The notes beneath the pieces were generated by a model that ran no database searches, was not told the DNA's origin, and worked only from the letters and a program-made list of their open reading frames with translations. 64,000 nt of DNA from Candidatus Endomicrobiellum meruensis (GTDB lineage Bacteria; Elusimicrobiota; Endomicrobiia; Endomicrobiales; Endomicrobiaceae): the NCBI GenBank assembly GCA_031282625.1, contig JAITDI010000009.1:988-64987 (forward strand). Reading direction: 5' to 3'. Shown here piece by piece: positions 18,946 to 30,004 of this stretch (positions are counted from its first letter, which is position 1; each line of letters opens with the position of its first letter). The translations under genes were made by a program, and so were the position numbers.

Positions 18946-20586
18946 ATGATACGCAAGTTCAAAATTTATGTTAAGAATAACAAAATTTGGTTTATTATTG
19001 GCAGTATAGTAGTTGGTCTTTTGGGTACTACAATATATGGATTAAGCCAGATGGAGTCTTTCTACAGAGTTATGACTCTTGCTCAGTTGCCCATGCAGCT
19101 CCTGTTTGCGTTTGTATCTGCCGCTGCTTTTGTGTTTATGTATATGTCGTTTTTTCAAAGAGGCGGCTTCTCTAGTTTAAAGAAGAAGAAAATAAAAGCA
19201 AAAGACATAAAAGTTTCGTTTAAAGACGTTATAGGTCTTGATAGCGCAAAGAAAGAAGCTTTAGAGGTAGTACAGCTTATTAAAGATAGAACACAGCTTC
19301 AAAAAATAGGCGGCAAAATTATAAAAGGCATTCTTCTTATGGGTCCTCCCGGATGCGGAAAAACTTTGCTTGCAAAAGCTATAGCCACAGAATGCAATAT
19401 TCCTTTCATTTCAATGGCAGGTAGCGAGTTTGTTGAGATGTTTGTAGGGGTAGGAGCAGGAAGAGTAAGGAGCCTATTTAAAAAAGCTAGAGACTATGCC
19501 TATACCGACGGTGCCTGTATAGTTTTTATAGATGAAATAGAAGTTATAGGAAGAGGAAGAACCTTTTCTATGGGTGCTGGAGAGGAAACCAACAGCACTC
19601 AAAATCAGTTGCTTGTAGAGATGGACGGACTTGATAACAAAAAAAGTAATGTTATAGTTATCGCAGCTACAAACGCCGACGAAGATGTTTTAGATAAAGC
19701 TTTGCTTAGACCCGGACGTTTTGACAGAAAAATTTCTATAACGCTTCCGAATTTAAAAGAAAGAAAAAGTTTATTTGAGTTTTATTTAAAAAGCGTTAAA
19801 GTCTCTCCAGACGTAAAAATAGACAGGTTAGCAAAGAAATCTGTATATAAGTCTCCTGCCGACATTGAAAACATGATAAAAGAAGCGGCTTTAATTGCTA
19901 CAAGAAAAAAGAAAGAACAAATTGACATGAAAGATTTGTCTGAGGCTATGGATAGAATAGATTTGGGTATGGAGACAAATCTTGACATGACTCCTAGAGA
20001 ACTTGAAATGACTGCCTATCACGAGGCTGGTCATGCTATAGCAATATATTTAATGCATCCTACTGACGATGTATTTAAAGTTACTGTAAAATCCCATCAG
20101 GGATCGCTTGGACTTGTAGCTCATCTTCCTAAAGAAGAGTTGCATAGTGCAGACAGAGAAAAATTGACTGCTGATATTATAGTTTCTTTGGCAGGCTATA
20201 CAGCTGAAAAAATTAAATATAATACTTCTACAATTGGTGTTTCTGCGGATTTTAACCAAGCTATGAGAATAGCAAACGCTATGGTTTGGAAAGTTGGCAT
20301 GGGTGAAACCGGCTTTGTAGGAGATTTTTCAGCTATACCAAAAGAAGAAATTTCCCAGAGCTTAAAAGAAAAATTGAACAACGAGACTTTGGCGATATTA
20401 AAGGCATGCAAGTCTAAAGCTGACAAATTTTTAAGAGACAATTGGGACGCTGTTGACGCTGTAGCAAAAAGGTTAGTCAAAGATAAAGAACTAGATTTTG
20501 ATGAACTAGAAGAAACAATGGCATTAGTCGGAAAAAGAAAACCCGAAACAACTGGTTCAGATGATGCAAATAATAATAAGGAATAG
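18946..20586 (+). CDS. FtsH-family AAA+ zinc metalloprotease (short form without a large periplasmic domain)
   Basis: Two N-terminal TM helices, Walker A (GPPGCGKT), Walker B (VFIDEIE), SRH ([11 protein letters not shown]) and HEAGHAI zinc motif. Confidence 0.9.
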   Translation: MIRKFKIYVKNNKIWFIIGSIVVGLLGTTIYGLSQMESFYRVMTLAQLPMQLLFAFVSAAAFVFMYMSFFQRGGFSSLKKKKIKAKDIKVSFKDVIGLDSAKKEALEVVQLIKDRTQLQKIGGKIIKGILLMGPPGCGKTLLAKAIATECNIPFISMAGSEFVEMFVGVGAGRVRSLFKKARDYAYTDGACIVFIDEIEVIGRGRTFSMGAGEETNSTQNQLLVEMDGLDNKKSNVIVIAATNADEDVLDKALLRPGRFDRKISITLPNLKERKSLFEFYLKSVKVSPDVKIDRLAKKSVYKSPADIENMIKEAALIATRKKKEQIDMKDLSEAMDRIDLGMETNLDMTPRELEMTAYHEAGHAIAIYLMHPTDDVFKVTVKSHQGSLGLVAHLPKEELHSADREKLTADIIVSLAGYTAEKIKYNTSTIGVSADFNQAMRIANAMVWKVGMGETGFVGDFSAIPKEEISQSLKEKLNNETLAILKACKSKADKFLRDNWDAVDAVAKRLVKDKELDFDELEETMALVGKRKPETTGSDDANNNKE

Positions 20587-20608
20587 ATTAAGCTGTAAAA
20601 AAATAATC

Positions 20609-21352
20609 GTGAAGACAATAAAATACTTAGTATTGCTTTTATTTACGGTTATTCTGTTAAATTCTTGCGGGGTGACCTACAAGAAAGAAAATCTTACTCA
20701 AGATTTAGAGAAATTAGTAAAGAAAGAAGCAGGACAAGAATCAAAAGCATATATTGTAGGCAGAACTTTGTATTTAGATATGCAAGTTAAGGGGCTTACC
20801 CCACTTGCTGAACGCGAAACGTTTGCTAAGGCTTTGCGTAAGGTGAAGATAGCAGGTGAAGATATATCAAGAGTTGTTTTAAGTAGTGATTCTGATGTTA
20901 AGTTTATGGTAGTTAATGCTTATGACCCTATGTATATTGTTCTTATCAGATTAGTACAAAATGTATACGATACAAAGAGTTACTTTTATATGCGCATATC
21001 AAAGTCTGATTATGAATCAAGAATCCTTGTGGAAAAATTTGTATATTCAATAGCAGACATTATAAGAGATAAGCACGATATTTCGCAGGATGAGTTTATC
21101 GGAAGGCTTATAGTATCAAAGTTAAATGCTCTTCAAATTGGTGGTGTGTTTCAATATGTAGACGTTAGAAGCAAAACTTTATTTTTGGTCTTACTTGAAA
21201 AACTCAATGTTAAGAATATATCGTTGATTGAAGATTTTTTGAAAGAACAGCTTAAAGATTATTCAAAAAAATATAATAACCCTTTTAACTTGATAGAACT
21301 TCTTAATGTAAATGGAATAAGGATAACGTCGGTCTCTTTAGATGCTAAATAA
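20609..21352 (+). CDS. lipoprotein, unknown function
   Basis: A GTG start at 20609 gives VKTIKYLVLLLFTVILLNSCGV, a lipobox-like LNSC. The track start at 20561 would overlap the ftsH-like gene. Confidence 0.6.
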   Translation: MKTIKYLVLLLFTVILLNSCGVTYKKENLTQDLEKLVKKEAGQESKAYIVGRTLYLDMQVKGLTPLAERETFAKALRKVKIAGEDISRVVLSSDSDVKFMVVNAYDPMYIVLIRLVQNVYDTKSYFYMRISKSDYESRILVEKFVYSIADIIRDKHDISQDEFIGRLIVSKLNALQIGGVFQYVDVRSKTLFLVLLEKLNVKNISLIEDFLKEQLKDYSKKYNNPFNLIELLNVNGIRITSVSLDAK

Positions 21353-21401
21353 GTTTGCAAAAATTTTTCTAGTGGATAATATTTGCGAATTTGGAGGAAA
21401 A

Positions 21402-21956
21402 ATGTCAAAGGAGTTAGAGCAGACGGGACTACGTATAAAAGCCATAAGAGAATCTTTAGGAATTTCAGCTCAGGATTTTTCAAAAAGTATAAAGATGAAT
21501 GAAAATGTTTATTTGGATTATGAAAACGGACTTAAAGAAATTCCATTAAATATTCTTCATGCAATTTCAAGTAAATACAATGTTGAAATGACAGCTCTCA
21601 TTACAGGAGAAGCGCCTCATCTTAAACAAATAGAGATTGTAAGAAAAGATAAAGGTCTTGTAATAGAAAGAAGAAAAGAGTATAAATATCAGGATTTAGC
21701 GGCGTGTTTTGTACATAAAAAAGCCGAAATATTTCTTGTAACTGTTGAGCCTAAAAAAGAGAATTCAAAACACACGTACTCGCATCCGGGTCAAGAGTTT
21801 AATTATATTCTGGAGGGGACTCTTAAAATTGTATTTGAAGGTAAAGAATATATTTTGGATCGGGGAGACTCTGTTTATTTTAACTGTGGATATAATCATA
21901 CTATGATTGCCGTAGGTGGCAATCCTGCAAAGTTTTTAGCCGTTGTGTTTAATTAA
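21402..21956 (+). CDS. XRE-family HTH regulator with C-terminal cupin sensor domain
   Basis: HTH (LRIKAIRESLGISAQDFSKSI) and cupin segment (HPGQEFNYILEGTL...GDSVYF....H). ATG at 21402 behind the ggagg RBS. Confidence 0.85.
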   Translation: MSKELEQTGLRIKAIRESLGISAQDFSKSIKMNENVYLDYENGLKEIPLNILHAISSKYNVEMTALITGEAPHLKQIEIVRKDKGLVIERRKEYKYQDLAACFVHKKAEIFLVTVEPKKENSKHTYSHPGQEFNYILEGTLKIVFEGKEYILDRGDSVYFNCGYNHTMIAVGGNPAKFLAVVFN

Positions 21957-22048
21957 AAGAAAGGGACAAAGGCTCTTCTTAAGTCCTGTCAGGTATTAAA
22001 TTATACACATCTTGAAAATCCTAAAATTTAAATAAAAAGAGAGAATAA

Positions 22049-23710
22049 ATGTTAGCTGAAAAGTACGTAAAAGTTGATTTTGATTCATATGAAGATTTTT
22101 TAAAAAACTGCAAAATAAAAGTTCCCAAAGATTTTAACTTTGGTTTTGACGTTGTGGATGAAATGGCGAGAATTGAGCCTGATAAAAAGGCTATGGTTTG
22201 GTGTAATCCCGAAGGATACGAGGAAACGTTTACTTTCGGCGATATAAAGGCTGAAAGCAACAAAACGGCGAATTTTCTTAAATCGTTGGGTTTAAAGAAA
22301 GGCGATGCGGTAATGATAATGGCAAAAAGGCGTTATGAATATTGGCATTTTGCAGTCGCTTTTCATAAATTAGGAATTTTGATGATTCCCGCGACGCATC
22401 TTTTAACTGTAAAAGATATAAAGTATAGAGTTGAAGCTGCCGACATAAAAGCTATAGTTGCTGCGGCGGATAAAAGAATTACAGACGTTATAGACGAAGC
22501 AAAAAAAGATCTGCCCGTCTTAAAACATTTGATTTCCGTGAACGGACATGTGGACGGATGGATTGATTATTCAAAAGAATTAAATAAGTTTTCTGGCATT
22601 TTTGATAGACCCGTAGGAGAAGAGGCAACTACTGTTTCGGATAAATTTTTGCTGTATTTTACATCGGGAACTACGGGTATGCCTAAGATGACGTACCACG
22701 ACAACTCATATCCTTTAGGTCATATTATGACTGCAAGATTTTGGCAAAACTTAGATGACAACAGTTTGCATCTTACGGTGGCAGACACTGGGTGGGGAAA
22801 AGCGTCTTGGGGGAAAATATACGGTCAGTGGCTTTGCGGAGCGTGTATTTTTGTTTATGATTACGAAAGATTTGACGCCAAAGATTTGCTTGAAAAAATA
22901 GCCAAATACGAACTTACTTCTTTTTGCGCTCCGCCGACAGTTTACAGACATATGATAAGAGAAGATTTCTCAAAATATAATTTGTCTAAATTAAAATATG
23001 CGGAAACTGCGGGAGAGCCTTTAAATCCTGAAGTTTTTTATCAGTTTAAAAAATATACGGGTCTTGAAATAAGAGAAGGTTTTGGTCAGACAGAAACAGT
23101 AGTTTTAGCTGCAATGTTCCCTTGGATAAAAGTAAGACCAGGTTCAATAGGAAAGCCTTCTGCATGCTGGGACGTGGATATTGTTGACAGCGAAAATAAG
23201 TCTTGCAAGCCGGGAGAAGAGGGGCGTCTTATAATAAGAACTGACAAAGGAAGACCAACAGGTTTGTTCTTAGGTTATTATAAAGACGAATCAATGACTA
23301 AAAATGTTTGGAAAGACGGCATATACGACACCGGCGATATGGTTTACAAAGACGAAGACGGATACATTTGGTTTGTAGGTCGCTCTGACGACGTTATAAA
23401 AAGCTCGGGTTATAGAGTGGGACCTTTTGAAGTTGAAAGCGCTTTAATGGAACATCCTTGTGTGTTAGAGTGTGCCGTAACCGGAGTTCCAGACGAATTA
23501 AGAGGAGCAATTGTAAAAGCCACAGTCGTTCTTGCCAAAGGTTATAATGCAAGCGAAGAGCTTATTATAGAACTTCAAACCCATGTTAAAAAGGTTACGG
23601 CGCCTTACAAATATCCAAGAATTATAGAGTTTGTTGATGAGTTGCCAAAAACAATAAGCGGTAAAATTAAAAGAAAAGAAATAAGGGAAAGGTCCAAATC
23701 TAATAAATAA
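22049..23710 (+). CDS. AMP-forming acyl-CoA synthetase (medium-chain/acetyl-CoA synthetase-like)
   Basis: AMP-binding motif [12 protein letters not shown], plus [35 protein letters not shown] and the C-terminal SGKIKR. Confidence 0.9.
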   Translation: MLAEKYVKVDFDSYEDFLKNCKIKVPKDFNFGFDVVDEMARIEPDKKAMVWCNPEGYEETFTFGDIKAESNKTANFLKSLGLKKGDAVMIMAKRRYEYWHFAVAFHKLGILMIPATHLLTVKDIKYRVEAADIKAIVAAADKRITDVIDEAKKDLPVLKHLISVNGHVDGWIDYSKELNKFSGIFDRPVGEEATTVSDKFLLYFTSGTTGMPKMTYHDNSYPLGHIMTARFWQNLDDNSLHLTVADTGWGKASWGKIYGQWLCGACIFVYDYERFDAKDLLEKIAKYELTSFCAPPTVYRHMIREDFSKYNLSKLKYAETAGEPLNPEVFYQFKKYTGLEIREGFGQTETVVLAAMFPWIKVRPGSIGKPSACWDVDIVDSENKSCKPGEEGRLIIRTDKGRPTGLFLGYYKDESMTKNVWKDGIYDTGDMVYKDEDGYIWFVGRSDDVIKSSGYRVGPFEVESALMEHPCVLECAVTGVPDELRGAIVKATVVLAKGYNASEELIIELQTHVKKVTAPYKYPRIIEFVDELPKTISGKIKRKEIRERSKSNK

Positions 23711-23750
23711 AATTTGAGAAAATTGTTACATACTAAAGAAGGAGAAGTAT

Positions 23751-24752
23751 ATGGACATCAGAGAACACATTTTAGAATTAGCCAAGAAAGTCAAAGGTAA
23801 AGTAATTTTGCCGGAAAGTTTTGATACTAGAGTTTTAAAAGCAGCAGAAATGCTTACAAAAAACGGAGTTGCTTCGGTAGTATTGCCTAGTGATAATATT
23901 GAAGAAGTTAAAAAGATTGCTGCCAATGCAAGTATAGATTTAAGCGGAATAGAAATTATAAATATGGACCAATCTCTTTTGGACAATAGCAAAGTTAAAG
24001 AGTTTGTTGCTGCAAGAACTAAGAAAGGCATGACGGAACAAGATGCGTTAGCTTTGCTAAAGAAACCTTTATACTTCTCAATGATGTATTTAAAAAATGG
24101 CAAGTGTGACGCTTGCGTAGGCGGAGCGGTTTACGATACAGCTGACGTTTTAAGAGCAAGCATTCATGTTATAGGTACGGCTGAAGGCATAAAGATTATT
24201 TCTTCATATTTTCTTATGATACCTCCGTCAAATCATCCTATTATAAAAGAACCTGTTATGTTTACTGACTGTGGCGTAAATCCGGACCCTCAGGCTTTGG
24301 GGTTAAAAGACATAGCTGTTTCAACCGTAGCAAACTTCAAAAAGCTTTTCCCCGGCAAAACGGCTAATGTAGCTATGCTTTCGTTCTCAACTAAAGGAAG
24401 CGCCAACAATAAAGTTTTGGAAAAAGTTATAGAAGCAACAAAGCTTACAAAAGAACATTTTAAAGAGCAAAATGAAGTTAATGTTGATGGAGAGCTTCAG
24501 TTTGACGCTTCTGTAGTTCCAACTGTTGGAGAAAGAAAAGCTCCGGGCTCGGCTGTTGCAGGAAAAGCAAATATATTGGTATTTCCTGATTTAAATGCAG
24601 GAAATATCGGCTATAAAATTGCAGAAAGATTTGGCGGATTCCAAGCACTAGGACCAATTATACAAGGACTTTCTCTTCCAGTAAGCGACTTAAGCAGAGG
24701 TTCAAGTGCGGAAGATATATATTTAATAAGCGCAATAATGCTTTTAAAATAA
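23751..24752 (+). CDS. pta: phosphate acetyltransferase
   Basis: ILPESFDTRVLKAA N-terminus, FPDLNAGNIGYKIAER and GPIIQGLSLPVSDLSRG. Confidence 0.9.
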   Translation: MDIREHILELAKKVKGKVILPESFDTRVLKAAEMLTKNGVASVVLPSDNIEEVKKIAANASIDLSGIEIINMDQSLLDNSKVKEFVAARTKKGMTEQDALALLKKPLYFSMMYLKNGKCDACVGGAVYDTADVLRASIHVIGTAEGIKIISSYFLMIPPSNHPIIKEPVMFTDCGVNPDPQALGLKDIAVSTVANFKKLFPGKTANVAMLSFSTKGSANNKVLEKVIEATKLTKEHFKEQNEVNVDGELQFDASVVPTVGERKAPGSAVAGKANILVFPDLNAGNIGYKIAERFGGFQALGPIIQGLSLPVSDLSRGSSAEDIYLISAIMLLK

Positions 24753-24763
24753 GAAAAAGCAAA

Positions 24764-25552
24764 ATGGAAATCATAGATACGCATAATCATATATGGCCAG
24801 AGAAAGTTGTCTCTAAAGCCAAAGATTATCTTGAAAGTTTTACTAAACGTAAACTGATAACTTTGCCTACGGCAGACAACCTGCTTAAGGTCATGGATGA
24901 GGCAGGCATCTCAAAAAGTATCGTCTCCTCAGTTGCTTCTTATCCTCGTCAAGTTGTATCAATAAACAATTGGCTTTTCTCTATTAAGCAGAAAAGACTT
25001 ATCCCTTTTGCTTCAATACACCCTTTTTTTGATGGTTTTAAGGAAGAATTAAAAAGAATACAAGACAATACCTTTGGCATTAAATTGCATCCTGAAATTC
25101 AAAAATTTTATGTTGATGATGAAAGGGTATTTCCTCTCTACGAAGAGATTCAAAAACTGAAGCTAACTATTTTGCTGCATTGTGGAGCTGAGATAAGTTC
25201 CCAAGGGGAAATTCGTTCTACTCCTGAAAGAATTTTGAAAGTTATAGAGAAGTTCCCCGAACTTAAAATTATCGGCGCCCACATGGGCGGTTTTTTAATG
25301 TGGAAAAAAGTTTTAGAAAAGTTAGCTGGCAAAAATATATATCTTGATACCTCTGATAGTATTAGAATAATGAAAAAAGAATTGCTTGAACAATTCTTTG
25401 AAAAACACGGTTTTGACAAAATGATCTACGGATCGGACTTTCCAATTCAAGATCCAAAAGAAGAAATTGAATTTATTAAAACATTAAACATATCCGAAGA
25501 AAATAAACAAAAAATCTTATCTTGGAACATAAAAAATCTAATTAATCTTTAA
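24764..25552 (+). CDS. amidohydrolase-family (TIM-barrel metal-dependent) hydrolase
   Basis: N-terminal IIDTHNHIW metal motif and LLHCGAE. It is the parent copy of the fragment at 17004-17356. Confidence 0.8.
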   Translation: MEIIDTHNHIWPEKVVSKAKDYLESFTKRKLITLPTADNLLKVMDEAGISKSIVSSVASYPRQVVSINNWLFSIKQKRLIPFASIHPFFDGFKEELKRIQDNTFGIKLHPEIQKFYVDDERVFPLYEEIQKLKLTILLHCGAEISSQGEIRSTPERILKVIEKFPELKIIGAHMGGFLMWKKVLEKLAGKNIYLDTSDSIRIMKKELLEQFFEKHGFDKMIYGSDFPIQDPKEEIEFIKTLNISEENKQKILSWNIKNLINL

Positions 25553-26116
25553 ATAATCCAAAAGAACGAAACAATTCCGCCGAGAACTTCTAAAAGAAAC
25601 ACATCACAAAAATTTTAAAAAGTACGGTCTATAGGACGCTTATTCAAATTTCACAATAATTTCACAAATAAATATATTATTTAAGATTTTAAAATATATC
25701 ATCAAATTGGGACCAACCCTGTCGCATAAAAGCAAAAAAGATAAACGATTATATCTATCTATAAGTGAACACAGAACACAAATCGGCAAACCATATGTAG
25801 CATCATAGGCGACATACGGGAAGTGGGTAAGATGCTTTATGTAGGCGATTTACAGTAAGAAACTATACCCCCTGAAAAGAAAAAGTAATCAAAAGCCTCA
25901 ACGGGTATAAAATGGCAGACAACGTCCAGATAAGACTAGAGCTTGCAAAAGAATGCAGAGAAAACTTATGATAGGCAAAAGAGAAATCATGTCAAATTTA
26001 CCATTGGGAACAATGAAAACGGACAAAGTAATTTAAGAAGAATGGGAACTGAGAAAAATAAGGAGAGATATTTTCGTAATTAGTATCAAGAAAATAGAGA
26101 GAAGAGGTATGAGTCA

Positions 26117-27181
26117 ATGATTAAAAAATTATTTAAGAAGTTGAGTTCGTTTGTTCTATCGTTATTTTTGTGTTGTATGATCGCACTTGTTAGCAACGCT
26201 AACAAAGAAGTCTCAAAAGAGTTGTATCTAGGCATAGACATAGGCGGACAAAGTGTGAAATTAGGAGTTGTTGACTCTGATGGAAAGTTGCTAGAAGAAT
26301 CTAAAATTCCAACTGATATTAACGCTACACCCGAACAAGTTGTAGAATCCATAGTTAATGCAGCTAGTAAATTTAATGCTTATTCTAAAATCAAGCATGT
26401 AGGGGTTGGGATGCCTGGCGATATAGATCTTGACAATGGAATTGTTCGTTTTGTTCCACAATTATCTAAGTGGAAGAACGTTCCTTTAAAGAAGTTGTTG
26501 GAAAAAGAAATGGATAGGTCGTCTAATAAAATCTACATTAACAATGATGCAAATACAGCTGCCATTGGAGCATTTTGGGTTGATGCGGAAGGGAAGGCTA
26601 CAAACCTAGTGTCTATTACGCTTGGAACCGGTGTCGGCGCAGGTCTTATTTTAAACAAAAAACTTTATGTAGGCTCAAGCGGAAGTGCAGGAGAATTAGG
26701 ACATATTATGATTGACCCTGATAGAAACGCGCCAAAATGTAATTGCGGGAGCAAAGGATGCCTAGAAGCTTTTCTAGGAGAACAATATTTTTTGGTTTAT
26801 GCTAAGAACTACTTGACCGTTCATCCTTCGGCGATAATAAATGAACTTTCAGAAGGAGATACATCTCGGATAAATGGAAAGATCTTGTTTGATGCTGCCA
26901 AAAAAGGAGATAAAACTGCAAAAGAGCTGTGGAATTATTATGGAGAAAAACTTGGGATTTTACTTGCTGACACTATAAATGTTCTAACCCCAGATGTCAT
27001 TGTTCTTTGCGGAGGAATGTCTCAATCGAGCAAATATTTTATGTCGTCTGCATTAAGTGAAGCTAAGAAGAGATCGTACTCCTCAGCATTTGCTACTTGC
27101 AAGATTAAGACTACGGTAGCTACAAGTAAACTTGGCGTTATAGGCGCTGCAATGTTTGCTAAACAAAATGAGTTAGAATAA
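26117..27181 (+). CDS. ROK-family sugar kinase (glucokinase-like)
   Basis: LGIDIGGQSVKLGVVD ATP motif, NDANTAAIGA, and the ROK zinc motif GHIMIDP....CNCGSKGCLE. The start is uncertain. ATG at 26117 adds a hydrophobic N-terminal segment. The in-frame TTG at 26222 would give the canonical MYLGIDIGG start. Confidence 0.88.
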   Translation: MIKKLFKKLSSFVLSLFLCCMIALVSNANKEVSKELYLGIDIGGQSVKLGVVDSDGKLLEESKIPTDINATPEQVVESIVNAASKFNAYSKIKHVGVGMPGDIDLDNGIVRFVPQLSKWKNVPLKKLLEKEMDRSSNKIYINNDANTAAIGAFWVDAEGKATNLVSITLGTGVGAGLILNKKLYVGSSGSAGELGHIMIDPDRNAPKCNCGSKGCLEAFLGEQYFLVYAKNYLTVHPSAIINELSEGDTSRINGKILFDAAKKGDKTAKELWNYYGEKLGILLADTINVLTPDVIVLCGGMSQSSKYFMSSALSEAKKRSYSSAFATCKIKTTVATSKLGVIGAAMFAKQNELE

Positions 27182-27207
27182 AGAAGTTGTTGTTTTGTCT
27201 CTCGCAG

Positions 27208-27417
27208 TTACAACTCTTTGGCAATTTCTTGTAGGCTTAGTTTAAATTGTTCTTGAGAGGCGTATATTCTTTTGTCATATGGCGGAGATATTCCTGAAAT
27301 ATCAAGATTTTCAGTAAGGACATTTAGAGATGTAGCCTAAATCAACCAAAATAGCGGGTTTGTCAGTCCAAATAACGGAACAATTTCCGCTCGATCCGCT
27401 TGAAAGAATGCAGAAGT
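27208..27417 (-). pseudogene. remnant of an MBL-fold metallo-hydrolase gene
   Basis: Own minus-strand translation gives ..NFCILSSGSSGNCSVIWTDKPAILVDLGYISKCPY*, the typical MBL N-terminus GSGSSGN...ILVD.G. A second frame follows (..ISPPYDKRIYASQEQFKLSLQEIAKEL*). There is no start codon, and only about 70 codons are left. Confidence 0.6.
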
Positions 27418-27423
27418 TTAAGC

Positions 27424-28473
27424 TTAAAGTTTTTTAACCACTTTTTGTATTGTTGCAACTGCCAATTTAACAGCAGATTCTATATCTTTTATATTGAATA
27501 CAGACGAAGGAGCGTGAATATATCTTGTTGGAATACTCAATATCCCTGTAAGAATCCCTTCTCTATTTGTGTAAATTGCTGCTCCGTCTGTCATTCCGCC
27601 GTCAATAATGTCTATTTGATGTGCAATATTATTTTTTAGTGCAGCTTCTAACATAATTTTACGCACTTTATGAGGAACTATTGTTCCTCTTCCTGAAGCT
27701 TCCATCATTGTTATAGCAACGCCTTTGCCAAGTTTTAATGCTGAAACTTTTTCTTCTATTCCGGGCATGTCGCCAGCTATTGTAGTGTCTATTATAAGAG
27801 CAAAATCAGGATTTACTTTAAATGAAGAAGTTTTTCCACCTTTAAGACCTACCTCTTCTTGAGCTGTGGCGCAGGCGTAAATTTCTGCATTTAAATCTTT
27901 TATTTTGGAAAGAGACTCCATAACCTTAACCATAGCGTAGCAACTTATTCTGTTGTCTGCAGCTTTGCCATAAAAAAAGTTTTCATGCAAAATTCCAGCA
28001 TTAGGTTCAAATATTATTTGATCGCCGATATCCAAAACTTTTAATACTTCTTGTCTTGATGAAAGGCCAATGTCTATAAACATATCTTTGTGTTTAATGG
28101 GTTGTTTTGCTTCCTCTACAGTCATCAAATGAGGAGGCTTTGTTCCTATTATACCTTTTATATGCTCGCCTTTTTTATTTATAACTTCTACAAGTTTGCC
28201 AGGTAGAATGGAGTCGTTTATTCCTCCTACTTTGATAAAATATATATATCCTTTTTCATTTACATGTTTTACAACCATGCCGATTTCGTCCATGTGTGCG
28301 GCTATCTGTATTTTTTTCTTGCCGTTGCCTAATTTCCCTATAATGTTTCCAAAATTGTCCGTTTCAACGGAGCTGCACATTTTTGATAGAGCGTTGGTCA
28401 TTATTTTTGCAACATTTTCTTCATAGCCCGAGATTCCGTCAGACATTAGCAAATCTTTTAAAAGTTTTTCCAT
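27424..28473 (-). CDS. M42 family metallopeptidase (FrvX/YpdE-like aminopeptidase)
   Basis: IAAHMDEIGMVVKHV, ADNRISC and ATAQEEVGLKG motifs. Confidence 0.88.
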   Translation of the reverse strand: MEKLLKDLLMSDGISGYEENVAKIMTNALSKMCSSVETDNFGNIIGKLGNGKKKIQIAAHMDEIGMVVKHVNEKGYIYFIKVGGINDSILPGKLVEVINKKGEHIKGIIGTKPPHLMTVEEAKQPIKHKDMFIDIGLSSRQEVLKVLDIGDQIIFEPNAGILHENFFYGKAADNRISCYAMVKVMESLSKIKDLNAEIYACATAQEEVGLKGGKTSSFKVNPDFALIIDTTIAGDMPGIEEKVSALKLGKGVAITMMEASGRGTIVPHKVRKIMLEAALKNNIAHQIDIIDGGMTDGAAIYTNREGILTGILSIPTRYIHAPSSVFNIKDIESAVKLAVATIQKVVKKL

Positions 28474-29715
28474 TTATTTCTCCGAGATATTTTTTATCGC
28501 ATTTATTCTATCAAGAACAGGAGGGTGCGAGTATTCTAAAAATACTTTCAATTTATGAGGAGCAAGATTAGAAAGATTGTCCACTGAAAGTTTCTTTAAA
28601 GCGTTTATCATATCTTGAGGGTGTTTGTAAGTTGTCACAGCATAAGTGTCGGCTTCATACTCGTATTTCCTTGATAAACAGCTTGATATAGTTGACAACA
28701 CAAATGACATAGGCGTATATAAGAAAGCAAAAAATATCACGCCTGCATATATTGGCTGTGTGTCCATAAGAAAAGCTTTGTAGAGCCAAGGTTCTTTTAT
28801 AAAAATAGAAAGTATAAACAGCATAGTTCCCATGGAAACAAAAGAAAAAATCATCTGCTTTATTATATGTCCAAGTTTAAAATGACCCATTTCATGAGCC
28901 AAAACGCTTGTCAATTCTTCCACTGTGTGTTTTTGTATAAGCGTATCAAACAAAACTATTCTTCTTGACTTGCCAAAACCTGTAAAAAAAGCGTTTGACT
29001 TAGTTGAGCGCTTAGAATTGTCCATTTTAAACAAGCCCCTCATTTTAAAGTTTTCTTTTTTAGCGTATTCTTCAACAGACTTTTTAAGTTCGCCGTTTTC
29101 TAATGGGGTATATTTATTAAACAAAGGCATTATAACTATTGGATATATAAAAGTTACAAAAAGCTCAAAAGCTGTTATTGCAACAAAAGCGTACAACCAC
29201 GCATAATGCTCAATACTTGAAAATAGCCATACTATTACAGAAAACATTACGCCGTATAGTATTCCTTTTATAATGAAAGATTTTATAAAGTCTGTTATAA
29301 AGATTTTTCCGTTCATTTTGTTAAAACCAAATTTTTCCTCTATTACAAACGTTGAATAAGCAGAAAATGGCAAATCTACAATTTCATAAATCAAATATAA
29401 AATGCCCGCAAATATCAAGCCTGTCAAAACTGTTCCAGCACCAAAAGAAGAAGCCAAAGAATTTACATAGCTAAATCCGCCTGCAAGTATAAAAGTAATC
29501 TGTAAAACCAGTGAGAATGTAGAAGAAAAAATGGTAAATTTTGTATTGTCTTTAAGGTAACTTTGAGCTTTAGCATATTTTTCTTTATCAAAAAAATTTT
29601 CAAATTCCTGCGGGATAGTATTTGAAATATTTTTTAAATTTAGTAAGTCTGAGATGGTCTCAATAATATATACTGTAACTACAAAAGACAACACCAAATA
29701 AGTAAAATGGTTCAT
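28474..29715 (-). CDS. M48 family zinc metalloprotease (Ste24/HtpX-like), integral membrane
   Basis: Multiple TM helices and the HEMGHFKLGH zinc motif. Contiguous with the M42 gene. Confidence 0.88.
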   Translation of the reverse strand: MNHFTYLVLSFVVTVYIIETISDLLNLKNISNTIPQEFENFFDKEKYAKAQSYLKDNTKFTIFSSTFSLVLQITFILAGGFSYVNSLASSFGAGTVLTGLIFAGILYLIYEIVDLPFSAYSTFVIEEKFGFNKMNGKIFITDFIKSFIIKGILYGVMFSVIVWLFSSIEHYAWLYAFVAITAFELFVTFIYPIVIMPLFNKYTPLENGELKKSVEEYAKKENFKMRGLFKMDNSKRSTKSNAFFTGFGKSRRIVLFDTLIQKHTVEELTSVLAHEMGHFKLGHIIKQMIFSFVSMGTMLFILSIFIKEPWLYKAFLMDTQPIYAGVIFFAFLYTPMSFVLSTISSCLSRKYEYEADTYAVTTYKHPQDMINALKKLSVDNLSNLAPHKLKVFLEYSHPPVLDRINAIKNISEK

Positions 29716-29746
29716 TAGCTTTCTCCAGAAAAAAGTTGACTTAATT

Positions 29747-29775
29747 ATACTATTTTTACTTTAAAATGATATAAT
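29747..29775 (+). promoter_or_regulatory. candidate extended -10 promoter for the 30005 operon
   Basis: TGa-TATAAT at 29767-29775 with a weak -35. It would give a ~220-nt leader. Confidence 0.35.
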
Positions 29776-30004
29776 TCCAAGACAAAATTTGTTGATTCTA
29801 CGACTTTGGGACTTTGTCCTTTAGCGCAGAATCCATTAACTTTTCAATAAGGTGAGTATAACATAACCAAGTTACAGTTTAGAAACTACGCTCTTCGTGT
29901 TGGGTGTTCCCAATAGTTTTGAGAGAAAGAATTTGGACTAAGTCGTAGCTTTCCTCGTTTTTACAAATTTTTATAAACTCTCTCTAAAAATGTAAGAGGA
30001 ATAT

